Shown in pieces: positions 9,403 through 17,589 of a stretch of 64,000 nt of DNA. The position numbers and the translations under genes were made by a program. The stretch covers positions 424,875 to 488,874 of the forward strand of contig LCHW01000001.1 of the NCBI GenBank assembly GCA_001000675.1. The letters are read 5' to 3'. Numbering within the stretch: the first letter of the stretch is position 1; every line of letters starts with the position of its first letter. This DNA comes from Candidatus Wolfebacteria bacterium GW2011_GWE2_44_13. GTDB taxonomy: Bacteria; Patescibacteriota; Minisyncoccia; UBA6257; UBA9933. The notes under the pieces are model-generated. The model had not been told where the DNA came from and did no database searches. It saw only the letters and a list, made by a program, of their open reading frames with translations.

Positions 9403-9431
9403 AAATGCCCCGCTGCTTGGGGCATTTTTTT
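9403..9431 (+). terminator. Rho-independent terminator (atgcccc-gctgctt-ggggcat followed by ttttttt).
   Basis: A hairpin plus a T-run directly after the stop codon of the small Cys peptide ORF. Confidence 0.7.
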
Positions 9432-9462
9432 AGCACGCATGCTTGTGATATAATTTATTATT

Positions 9463-10377
9463 ATGGCTGCTATTCAAAAGGATTTTAATTTTTTTAAAAA
9501 GCGTAGAAAGCAGGCTGTATATGTAAGGCCAAAGGTTATTTTAGTTGATGTCGATGGGACTGTAATCAAGCCACGTATTAAAATGTACTCGATGTCAGAG
9601 GAAAAACTTGGCAAACAAGCAGTCGCAAAAATAGAAAAAGATCGCATTAAGCCACTGCGGCAGCAGATGATTAAGCGACAGATTAGTTTTGAGGAGTATC
9701 TCCTTGGATTATCAAAAATCGATATCGAGCTGGGTGAATATTATCAGGATTATAAGCAATTCTTTTTTGATTTAGTGAAGCAGGGGATGCTTAACGAACC
9801 GCTTATACGCGCATTAGGGATACTTAAGAAAAAACATAACATGAAGGTTATTTTTCTTACGTCAAATCTGCGAATTTATGGGGAGATCATTAGTGACTAT
9901 GCGCTTCAATTATTAGGTGAAAAAGGCACGTTTGATGGCGCAGTTGGTGCGGAATATTTATTTGATAAAAAAGGCAAGGCAGTTGGTGTAAAAAGTCTTA
10001 TTAGCCATGATGATGCGAAATTAGGTGCGGTGTCTTTTATGACTAAAGAAACTGCGATCAAAAAATTTTTTAAAGTAAATAAGGTTACGGTTCGCGATGA
10101 AGAGATTGCCGTCGTGAGTGATGCCGATACGGCCTTGATGAAACTCTACGGACTTGGTGGTCTTGTGCTGTATCCACTAAGTGAATTATCAAGTCAGTTT
10201 AAAGAGATTGAGTATATCCGTAATGCGCGTGAGGGGTTGTTTGATTTTTGCGTGGATTATGCAAAAGGAAAAGACTTAGATATTGCACAAAAAAAGTGGG
10301 AGCTAGTACTAAGTGACCCCTCGATATTACGAATGTCTAACAGCGAAATAAAAACATATTTAAAAAATAATGACTAA
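9463..10377 (+). CDS. HAD-superfamily phosphatase-like protein.
   Basis: HAD motif I is VILVDVDGTV (DxDGT). Motif II is IFLTSN, and motif IV is VVSDADTAL. The gene overlaps the downstream P-loop kinase gene by 8 nt. Confidence 0.6.
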   Translation: MAAIQKDFNFFKKRRKQAVYVRPKVILVDVDGTVIKPRIKMYSMSEEKLGKQAVAKIEKDRIKPLRQQMIKRQISFEEYLLGLSKIDIELGEYYQDYKQFFFDLVKQGMLNEPLIRALGILKKKHNMKVIFLTSNLRIYGEIISDYALQLLGEKGTFDGAVGAEYLFDKKGKAVGVKSLISHDDAKLGAVSFMTKETAIKKFFKVNKVTVRDEEIAVVSDADTALMKLYGLGGLVLYPLSELSSQFKEIEYIRNAREGLFDFCVDYAKGKDLDIAQKKWELVLSDPSILRMSNSEIKTYLKNND

Positions 10378-10915
10378 GAAAAACAATATACTCGTTGCAC
10401 TCCATGGCCCTGCGGGCATAGGAAAAACAGCTGTCGCAGGAAAATTGTGTAAAAAGCTACCGGGCAAGACTGCGCGTATTTCGATCGACGTACTTCGTGA
10501 TATGACTTGTATGAGGTACACAAGCGGTCGCCAAAGCGATGAATATATCACTTTGTCCAAGAAACTTGCTCCTGGGCTAATACAGGACCTTTTTTCCAAT
10601 GGGTTTAATGTTGTTGTGGAGATAGCTCCGCCTACAGCAGCAGATAAGGGGAAAACTGATACGTGGCTTGTTAGTGAACTGTGGCGCTTAGGAGGAAGTG
10701 TTTTTTTACTTGATGCGCCGTTGGCTATGGTGTTACAGCGAAATAAAAAACGTACCGGTGAATTTGGCCAAGGAAATTTAACCAAAAAGTTAACTGAACA
10801 ATTATATCGATATTGTGAAAAATATTTAAATAGAAACGATTACATCGTTATTGAGACAACAAAGATTGGAGCGGATAAAGTAACATCGCTTATTATTGAG
10901 AAATTAGGGTTCTAA
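10370..10915 (+). CDS. P-loop kinase of the polynucleotide kinase (T4 Pnk-like) / zeta-toxin-like fold.
   Basis: The Walker A motif is LHGPAGIGKTAV. The segment LQRNKKRTGEF resembles the T4 PNK motif VKRNSKRGTK. Confidence 0.55.
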   Translation: MTKKNNILVALHGPAGIGKTAVAGKLCKKLPGKTARISIDVLRDMTCMRYTSGRQSDEYITLSKKLAPGLIQDLFSNGFNVVVEIAPPTAADKGKTDTWLVSELWRLGGSVFLLDAPLAMVLQRNKKRTGEFGQGNLTKKLTEQLYRYCEKYLNRNDYIVIETTKIGADKVTSLIIEKLGF

Positions 10916-11112
10916 GGAATAAAAATAGTATATGGGATATACGGTAGAACCGTAGTGTTTAAAAGAGCTCATATTATCCGTCGTAAAACCTACATTTTGC
11001 GACAGATGAATAATGAGCATTTATCTATCCTCTCGAATTAAGCTGTATCTTTTACGCGAGTATCATATTTAATTAATTTACATAGTGCTCACCTAGTAAT
11101 AATCTTAGGTAA

Positions 11113-11140
11113 AAAATTCCCACCGGTTGGTGGGTTTTTG
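11113..11140. terminator. Bidirectional rho-independent terminator (cccaccggttggtggg flanked by A and T runs).
   Basis: A palindromic hairpin with a T-run on the plus strand and a T-run on the minus strand. It serves the convergent kinase and Nudix genes. Confidence 0.7.
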
Positions 11141-11170
11141 TTTGTTGTTTGTACTATGGCGGCGTAGGTT

Positions 11171-11593
11171 TTACGCCGCCATAGCGAGTTCCTTCAGGCG
11201 CTTTAAATATGGGCGCCTGTGGGTCGACAAAAAGTCGTTCCGCTCAAGGACCTCTTGGGGGTCAAGGATCATGACCTCCTCCCCTTTGTTCCTTTGCGGG
11301 TGAATACCGGCGATGGAATCCACCGTAACCCGAAAGAACACGAGGTCGTGGTTCCACTTATGGACCACAGCGATCTCCTCAAGCTTCGAAGGGTCGACTC
11401 GTATCCCGATCTCCTCAAAGACTTCCCGTTCGGCACACTTTTTTCGGGTTTCGCCCTCCTCTACGTGTCCTCCAGGGAACTTACAGAGAATGGGATTCGG
11501 TTTCGATTTATCCCGAATTACCACAATCCCATAGCATCCGCCACGGGGATTGTTTACTTCAACAAACACTACTGTCGCTGCTGGTCTTTCCAT
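11171..11593 (-). CDS. Nudix hydrolase.
   Basis: The Nudix box GGHVEEGETRKKCAEREVFEEIGI (Gx5Ex7REUxEExGU) is present. The SD is AAGGAGG. The plus-strand ORF 11219..11641 is its antisense shadow. Confidence 0.85.
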   Translation of the reverse strand: MERPAATVVFVEVNNPRGGCYGIVVIRDKSKPNPILCKFPGGHVEEGETRKKCAEREVFEEIGIRVDPSKLEEIAVVHKWNHDLVFFRVTVDSIAGIHPQRNKGEEVMILDPQEVLERNDFLSTHRRPYLKRLKELAMAA

Positions 11594-11748
11594 CCTCTTT
11601 CGCCTCCTTTCGGCCTATTTCGAATAAATGCGCTGTCTTAAATAAAACATTATTATCTAGATTAGTCAAGGGCCACGGCCCTCGGCGTAGTCGGAGGGTT
11701 TCCGCTGGCTCCTAGGTTTGGTATACTAGGGCATACAAATTTTATTTT

Positions 11749-12507
11749 ATGTACTACAAAACCGGCGATGAATTTAAAGAAGTTTCTGGATACGACCTTG
11801 AACGTGGTTGGTATCCCCGTGTGACAAAAATATTGGAAATTAAAGCAAAGCCAGCACTCTATAAATTTTATGGCGAGCTGACGAGCTTTGACGAAGGTGA
11901 GCAGATTAAAGAAAAGTCTGCTTCAGAAGGAACGCTTATTCATGAGGCTGCTGAGCAAATATTTGCCGGTGTCTCCCCTATCGTTGACCCTGCGATACAA
12001 CCGTCGATCGATGCGTTTAATCAATTTTTGCAAGACACAAATATTCAAGTCGATAAAGAGTATATTGAGAAGCGTGTTGTTAATCACACTGAACGATACA
12101 CGGGAACATTGGATGCATTAGCGCTTATTGATGGTAAGTTTGGCGTTTTGGATATTAAAACGTCGCAATCAATATATCGCGACTATAATTTGCAAACCGC
12201 TGCGTACATGGGCGCGCTTGATAAAGAGTTCAAGAATTTACAGACACGTTGGATATTGCGTATTGATCAAGCAAAAGAATGTATCAAGTGTGGTGCTTCG
12301 TTGCGGCAAAAAGGTGGACGCGATAAAGTGCGCGCTGGATTTGGTAAGGGAGATCCAAACTGCGACCACGAGTGGTCTGACATGAAAGGCATCGTTGAGC
12401 TAAAAGAATTTCCCTATTGGCAGAATGATTACAAAGCATTTCTTGCGGCAAAGAAACTATGGGAATGGGAAAATGAATATTGGTTAAAACAAATCGGATA
12501 TTTGTGA
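11749..12507 (+). CDS. PD-(D/E)xK (RecB/Cas4-like) nuclease family protein with a Cys cluster.
   Basis: Motif II is TGTLDAL, motif III is VLDIKTS (D-x-K), and the QxxxY motif is YNLQTAAY. The Cys cluster CIKC...C.H sits downstream. An extended -10 (tggTATACT) lies upstream. Confidence 0.6.
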   Translation: MYYKTGDEFKEVSGYDLERGWYPRVTKILEIKAKPALYKFYGELTSFDEGEQIKEKSASEGTLIHEAAEQIFAGVSPIVDPAIQPSIDAFNQFLQDTNIQVDKEYIEKRVVNHTERYTGTLDALALIDGKFGVLDIKTSQSIYRDYNLQTAAYMGALDKEFKNLQTRWILRIDQAKECIKCGASLRQKGGRDKVRAGFGKGDPNCDHEWSDMKGIVELKEFPYWQNDYKAFLAAKKLWEWENEYWLKQIGYL

Positions 12508-12515
12508 GATGAAAA

Positions 12516-12541
12516 AAAAGGGAGCCACTAGGGCTCCCGTT
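12516..12541 (-). terminator. Rho-independent terminator (GGGAGCC-actag-GGCTCCC plus T8 on the minus strand). Copy 1 of an exact 26-bp repeat.
   Basis: The string aaaagggagccactagggctcccgtt also occurs at 13616..13641. Confidence 0.7.
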
Positions 12542-12562
12542 GTAGTTACACAGACATTGCGT

Positions 12563-13534
12563 TTAGACGAACAGGCTTCTTTCGAAAAACTGCACAAGAT
12601 TTTCTCCGACGACGGTGTGAGTTTTTTCGCCGGCGATATCACGAATACTATTCGCGATGTGCTCGAGCTTGTTCGGTCCGAGAAAGATCTCTGGGTGTTC
12701 CGGATACCGCGCACCCCATGTTCCCTGGGGGTCGATCTTCGTGCGCATCATTTCAAACTGCGCACGTGCTTGCTCCTCGTCCACGTTCGAGTATGTCCCG
12801 TCGCTTCCGATAACGACAGACTCGATGCCACACACATTAATTGCATGCCTGATGTGTGCTCGGAAATGATTAATGTCCTCGTTTCCGTTCCCGAGAATAA
12901 ATTCGAGTGTTGGGATGCCGATTACACCGCCACGTTCTGCAATCTCGCGCAATACCTGGTCGGGTAAATTGCGGAAATGCGGATACACTCCGTAGCACCC
13001 TGTGTGCGATGCCATTACTGGAAGAAACAGCCGAGCTTCGTGGATGAACCTGAGCACCTCCCTTGCCATGCGATGACTTGCATGAGCGAGATCGAGAATC
13101 ATGCCCTTTTCCTGATCCATCGCCCTGAGAACGTCTTTTCCTGCCTGCGTTAGTCCGACATCCAGGTTCATACACCCACTGCCGTACATATTCACGGTGT
13201 CGTACGCCAGTGAGATAACTTGAATGCCAGCGCCTTTAAGGGCAGTAATGTCCACATTGTCCGGAAGGTTTTGAAGCCCCAGGATAATAGCGGTCGAGTT
13301 ATCTTCGCGAGCCATCACGATGTCATCTGTGTGCGTTGCGATTGTAACCAGGCTATCTGCATTTTGGAACAGGGCCACCTTAAATTTCTCGGCCTCCTCC
13401 AGCACCATGCTGGTTGTTGGTGCCCACGGCGGAGCACATGTGACAAGCGCCAAGTCAATTGCCATGTCACTCGTGATTGTCGGGGGTTGTCCGGGCATTC
13501 CGAAAAATGCCATCGCGTCTGCTCTTCTTGCCAT
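12563..13534 (-). CDS. Membrane dipeptidase (peptidase M19 family). The gene is clearly GC-richer than its surroundings.
   Basis: Motifs LDLAHAS and VIGSDGTY and the overall renal-dipeptidase-like pattern are present. GC content is visibly higher than in neighbouring genes. Confidence 0.8.
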   Translation of the reverse strand: MARRADAMAFFGMPGQPPTITSDMAIDLALVTCAPPWAPTTSMVLEEAEKFKVALFQNADSLVTIATHTDDIVMAREDNSTAIILGLQNLPDNVDITALKGAGIQVISLAYDTVNMYGSGCMNLDVGLTQAGKDVLRAMDQEKGMILDLAHASHRMAREVLRFIHEARLFLPVMASHTGCYGVYPHFRNLPDQVLREIAERGGVIGIPTLEFILGNGNEDINHFRAHIRHAINVCGIESVVIGSDGTYSNVDEEQARAQFEMMRTKIDPQGTWGARYPEHPEIFLGPNKLEHIANSIRDIAGEKTHTVVGENLVQFFERSLFV

Positions 13535-13615
13535 TGTCTTGCTCCTTTTCTCTGTAGTTGTAGGATAGTGAACTGACTATATTATGAACATATTCTATAT
13601 ATTTGTCAAGGTACA

Positions 13616-13641
13616 AAAAGGGAGCCACTAGGGCTCCCGTT
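13616..13641 (-). terminator. Rho-independent terminator. Copy 2 of the exact 26-bp repeat.
   Basis: It is identical to 12516..12541. It lies downstream of the minus-strand gene 13646..14161. Confidence 0.7.
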
Positions 13642-13645
13642 TGGG

Positions 13646-14161
13646 TCATGCATCGGCATATCCGGCCCGCACTGCGGCATTGCGCAGACGTAACCCGATA
13701 AACGAATCAGCTGGGATTATTATTGCGTTAAGGAAGACTGCAGATATCTCGTTCACTGCTCGGTCAATGTAGTTCTTGTAGAAGTCCAGGTTGCCGCCGT
13801 TTGGTCTAAATGACTTCACGACATCGGTGAGCGTATTTTCAAAATCAAACGCCCATTCCATCAGTACGTCCTCGACATCCTCTGCGTATTCGATTGAGGG
13901 GGCGCATATAACAAGTATCCGTTGTCCACTAGGCGAATTGTGTAGATATTCCCCTACTGCGCCATCATCAATGATGATGCAAATAGTTCCAAGGGTTTCT
14001 TTTGGACAATCCTCCTCTTCGTAGTTTAAAAAGATGTCGTGACGTTCGATTAGCTCCCCGATGTAGTTTGTCAGCATTTCAACTACCAGATCTTCTTCCT
14101 CCTCATCCGCTCGAAATTCTGCTCGATCCGCGGGAGACATTCCAAGTAGTAGTTCTACCAT
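13646..14161 (-). CDS. Hypothetical acidic protein (171 aa).
   Basis: A long ORF in a GC-rich region, with a terminator downstream. No motifs were recognised. Confidence 0.5.
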   Translation of the reverse strand: MVELLLGMSPADRAEFRADEEEEDLVVEMLTNYIGELIERHDIFLNYEEEDCPKETLGTICIIIDDGAVGEYLHNSPSGQRILVICAPSIEYAEDVEDVLMEWAFDFENTLTDVVKSFRPNGGNLDFYKNYIDRAVNEISAVFLNAIIIPADSFIGLRLRNAAVRAGYADA

Positions 14162-14230
14162 CGGTCACTCTCCTTCCTTAAGATATATAAAGGTAACTAA
14201 CCCTAGTGTGCGCTATAAGGGCTAAGCCTG

Positions 14231-14458
14231 TCAATTGCCCGTGGCAGGAGGGCATTTTTGAATAATGATGGGCGTACGGTGTGCGTTATTGCCGACAATA
14301 TAACCAATTGCGAGGCTTAGAGTAACTGCAAGAAACAAGGCACATGTAAAAAGAAGCTCCTTTTTTCGCTCCGTTCGTGCTTTTCGCATGGTCATTTTGA
14401 GTAAGAAAACACGGTCATGTAGTCGCATAATGGATAAAATATGGCTTAAAATGAACAC
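14231..14458 (-). CDS. Possible small membrane protein (75 aa, one TM segment).
   Basis: An ORF with the hydrophobic stretch LLFTCALFLAVTLSLAIGYIV. Weakly supported. Confidence 0.25.
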   Translation of the reverse strand: MFILSHILSIMRLHDRVFLLKMTMRKARTERKKELLFTCALFLAVTLSLAIGYIVGNNAHRTPIIIQKCPPATGN

Positions 14459-14480
14459 GGTGTCAGGTCGGGGTAGCCCG

Positions 14481-14510
14481 TTGACAGAATAGCTAATTAT
14501 ACTCTATACT
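14481..14510 (+). promoter_or_regulatory. Sigma70-like promoter TTGACA-N18-TATACT upstream of rpmA.
   Basis: Read directly from the sequence. Confidence 0.5.
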
Positions 14511-14585
14511 GAGGTGTAATAAAAAGTAACGTAGATAGCGGTCATACGGCACCACGCTTTATGATCATTTTTTCTCAATAGCGAT

Positions 14586-14879
14586 ATGGCACATACCAAA
14601 GCCAAGGGGTCTACCAAAAATGGCCGAGACTCCCAGGCTCAACGATTAGGAGTAAAGCGACAGCACGGCCAGACTGTCGGCGCCGGTGAGATCTTGATCC
14701 GCCAGCGTGGAACTAAATATTTGCCAGGTCTCAATGTAGCCCGAGCAAAAGATGACAGCCTTTACGCGATGATTCCAGGAACTCTTCAGTTCTTGTCTCG
14801 CTCAAAAGTATGTTTTAACGGCAACCGTCGAGAAGTAAAAGTTTTGACGATTGTTGCAAAGACAGCTGTAGAAGCATAA
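14586..14879 (+). CDS. rpmA: 50S ribosomal protein L27 (with a C-terminal extension).
   Basis: The N-terminus [25 protein letters not shown]...RQRGTKY matches the L27 signature. Confidence 0.9.
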   Translation: MAHTKAKGSTKNGRDSQAQRLGVKRQHGQTVGAGEILIRQRGTKYLPGLNVARAKDDSLYAMIPGTLQFLSRSKVCFNGNRREVKVLTIVAKTAVEA

Positions 14880-14890
14880 CCCTTTATAAA

Positions 14891-14920
14891 AACCCCTCAG
14901 CCTAGGCTGAGGGGTTTTTG
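14891..14920 (+). terminator. Rho-independent terminator (cccctcagcctaggctgagggg followed by tttttg).
   Basis: A hairpin plus a T-run after rpmA. Confidence 0.8.
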
Positions 14921-14938
14921 TTTCATCAATATTTGTTG

Positions 14939-15294
14939 TGTCATTCCGGCGGATGCGGGAATCCATCTTCATTTTTTAGAACATCTTTTCGTTCCACTTT
15001 TTTTATAAAAAGTAGAGTAAAAAATCGCGAGCGAATAAAAATAGGGGGATGTGTTCTGGAATTTCTAACAAAACTGCGAACTCGCTCTTGCGCACCGCTC
15101 AGACACCGCAGTTTTTGAGGAAATTTCTATCGCACATCTAATCCCCTATTTTCACAGGCTCGCAGATAAGGATTAATAGAAGAAACTCAGGCACCGAGCC
15201 CATCCGGCAAGCTCAGGGTAAAGTTTCTTCCAATATTTTTCCAGCGACCTTTCTCCGAAATATTTCCATGTTCGGAAAAATGCAATTAAAATTC
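14939..15294 (+). repeat. Copy A of a roughly 300-350 bp hairpin-rich repeat family (candidate structured ncRNA or MITE-like element).
   Basis: It shares the ordered blocks tgtcattccNg..cgggaatcca, the hairpin ACTTTTT..AAAAAGT, aaactgcgaactcgctcttgcgcaccgctcagacaccgcagtttttgaggaaattt, and ccgaaatatttccatgttcgg.aaatgcaa with 55217..55545. Confidence 0.6.
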
Positions 15295-15928
15295 AACGTA
15301 CTTGTGTTGTTGTTAGGATATTAATCGCCTCTTTTATTTTGTCATCAAAATTTTCGTCCATATTCAAAACGGCGAGTTTATATTTCTCCACTCCTTCTTT
15401 GAAGAAATTCCCGTAGGTGCAGATCATGTTCGCAATGCTTCGATATGTTTCTTTACTATGAGTGCGTCCCAATATCCAATCATCGGGAGTTGTGCTCTTC
15501 TCTATCCCCTCAATAAATTTTTCGAGGTCTGATTTTATAAGAAAAATACTTTTTATTTTTCCTGGATATTTTTGGATAAGCTTCGCGGCAAGCTCGGGTT
15601 CGATATGGTATCCTTCGATAATAAAATCATTGCCGTAAACGATCTCGCACTCTGCAAACATTTCTATTGCTTGATAGGAAGTTTTTGCTTGTTGTCGATA
15701 TGCATCGATAATTTCCTTTGCTGAATATTTAGAAAATTTTTCATCGTTAGTGGCGCTTCGCTGGCCTAATGTAGGAAACTTTCCCAATATGTCCTTTTCG
15801 TTGATATAGGGACGGATAATACATTCGAGTGTATCAGTTGAAACCCAAGGAAGCCCTAGTGATTTTGAAAGGGTTTTTGTTAGTGTTGTTTTGCCGCATT
15901 TTGGTGGTCCACCGATAAGATAAATCAT
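15293..15928 (-). CDS. P-loop NTPase / nucleotide kinase-like protein.
   Basis: The Walker A motif is IGGPPKCGKTTL. It is the last gene of the rplI operon. Confidence 0.55.
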   Translation of the reverse strand: MIYLIGGPPKCGKTTLTKTLSKSLGLPWVSTDTLECIIRPYINEKDILGKFPTLGQRSATNDEKFSKYSAKEIIDAYRQQAKTSYQAIEMFAECEIVYGNDFIIEGYHIEPELAAKLIQKYPGKIKSIFLIKSDLEKFIEGIEKSTTPDDWILGRTHSKETYRSIANMICTYGNFFKEGVEKYKLAVLNMDENFDDKIKEAINILTTTQVR

Positions 15929-15965
15929 ACTATTTATTTCTAGACAAAGAATTAATAGGGAGTAC

Positions 15966-16460
15966 TCAAAGACCCCATTCTTTCGAAGTATATTTCGCTT
16001 GCTGTAATAAGAGTTCGATTTGTTTTTGTATTTCTAAAACATCAGCATCCGTTAAGGATTCGACGTTGTCGTAGAATCCAGTTTCGCGATGTGGCGCTTG
16101 AATTGCATCACCCCATTTGTTTATAGGTGCGCTTTTTGCGCGGCCATACAAATGAATATGGAGATACGGACCTTCGGGCTTCAAAACACTCCAATTTCCA
16201 TTATCTTGGTAGTTTATTCTTCCAATATCAATGCCCTGATTATTAAGGCCAATAGTCATCGCTTCACCAACGAGCATTGTTAGGCGCATAAGTTCGATTG
16301 CTAGTTTAGGCGACAATTGTGTGCGATCAACAAGTCTAGTCTTAGGGGATATTCTAATATGCCCACCATCAGTACGTGAAACATGGGGATGATCGACTGC
16401 TTCAACAATAAAATTTTCCGTTTGATATATTTGTGCCATTGTGATATTTTCTACGATCAT
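15966..16460 (-). CDS. HIT (histidine triad)-like hydrolase/transferase.
   Basis: A histidine triad-like motif PYLHIHLYGR is present. Confidence 0.5.
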   Translation of the reverse strand: MIVENITMAQIYQTENFIVEAVDHPHVSRTDGGHIRISPKTRLVDRTQLSPKLAIELMRLTMLVGEAMTIGLNNQGIDIGRINYQDNGNWSVLKPEGPYLHIHLYGRAKSAPINKWGDAIQAPHRETGFYDNVESLTDADVLEIQKQIELLLQQAKYTSKEWGL

Positions 16461-16480
16461 CGCAGATGAAATGCGAAATA

Positions 16481-17086
16481 TTATTTATTTAGAATAACCA
16501 ATTCCCTAACCCTTCCTACTGGAGTGGTGTATAATATTTGCTCTGTAGTGCTAAATATTTTTGATAACCTATTTTTCCAGTCATCGTAATAAAATTTGCA
16601 TGGCTCATAGTCATCTTCTTCATTATAGACAGTCCCCTTTGCTGGATTATCGATAAGAATTAGTCCGTTAGTTTTTAACATATCCTTCGCTCTTTTAATT
16701 GTAGTCAATTGTGCCTCTTTTGAGAACTCCCCTATAACTGTCCATGGGAAAATAATTACATCAAAATTATTGCCTTGATAGTTTTCAAATGCAGAGTAGA
16801 TAACCATGTCCTCAACATTCTTTATTCCATTATTCGCTAAATAATTTTTAAAAAAAATGAGGTACGGTTGATGCTGTTCGATTCCTATGTATTTATAAAC
16901 GCTTATTAAATGCTTGCCTATCCTACCGGTCCCACACCCGACTTCTAGAATAGAATTATTGATTTTAAGATATTTTTCGAATTGTAAAAAATCAGCTGGA
17001 CTCTCGCCTCCTAACCCAGCTTGCTCGGCAAAGTAATTTAATTCTTCACAATTTACATTATCGTATACGGACATGTTTATTTCCAA
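16481..17086 (-). CDS. Class I SAM-dependent methyltransferase.
   Basis: Motif I is LEVGCGTGRIG, followed by an acidic motif II. Confidence 0.75.
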   Translation of the reverse strand: MEINMSVYDNVNCEELNYFAEQAGLGGESPADFLQFEKYLKINNSILEVGCGTGRIGKHLISVYKYIGIEQHQPYLIFFKNYLANNGIKNVEDMVIYSAFENYQGNNFDVIIFPWTVIGEFSKEAQLTTIKRAKDMLKTNGLILIDNPAKGTVYNEEDDYEPCKFYYDDWKNRLSKIFSTTEQILYTTPVGRVRELVILNK

Positions 17087-17106
17087 AGCATTTTATCTAT
17101 GCAATT

Positions 17107-17565
17107 TTACTGTTCCGGATTAAGCATTACTACTATCTTCGCATCAACGCCGTGGCCGAGGGGGATTGCGACTTCGTTTGCGCCGAGCGTTTTGATTGGC
17201 TTTTCTAGCTCAACTTTCACAACCCCCTTTTCTTTTCCGAGCGGAGATAGCTTTGATTTAATTGCCTCTTCTACTTCGTGTTTTGTTACGGAGCCAAATA
17301 CTTCATTATGCTTGCCAACTTTTGTTGTGAACGTAAAAGGGCTTTCGTTCATTGCTTTTACTGATGCGAGCAACTCTTCTACGAGTCTCTGTTGCTGCTT
17401 TTCCTTGCTTTCCTTTTGTACTTGCAACTCGTGTGTTGCTTGACCTGTCGCAACCTTAACTAATCCTTTTGGGATAAGGAGGTTTTTGGCATGGCCATCG
17501 GAGACGTTTTTCACGTCGCCTTTTTTACCGAGACCTTTTACGTCTGCTAGGAATATTACCTTCAT
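17107..17565 (-). CDS. rplI: 50S ribosomal protein L9.
   Basis: The N-terminus [35 protein letters not shown] is the typical L9 N-domain. Confidence 0.9.
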   Translation of the reverse strand: MKVIFLADVKGLGKKGDVKNVSDGHAKNLLIPKGLVKVATGQATHELQVQKESKEKQQQRLVEELLASVKAMNESPFTFTTKVGKHNEVFGSVTKHEVEEAIKSKLSPLGKEKGVVKVELEKPIKTLGANEVAIPLGHGVDAKIVVMLNPEQ

Positions 17566-17589
17566 GTTTTTTTAAATATTCCTATATTT

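Noticed and set aside
11219-11641. A 140-aa plus-strand ORF.
   Set aside because: It is the exact antisense of the Nudix gene, which has a clear Nudix box. It is a shadow ORF.
14918-15118. A 66-aa ORF, and the 143-aa ORF at 55144..55575.
   Set aside because: Both lie inside the hairpin-rich repeat copies. They have no RBS and junk-like composition. The repeats are better explained as RNA or structural elements.
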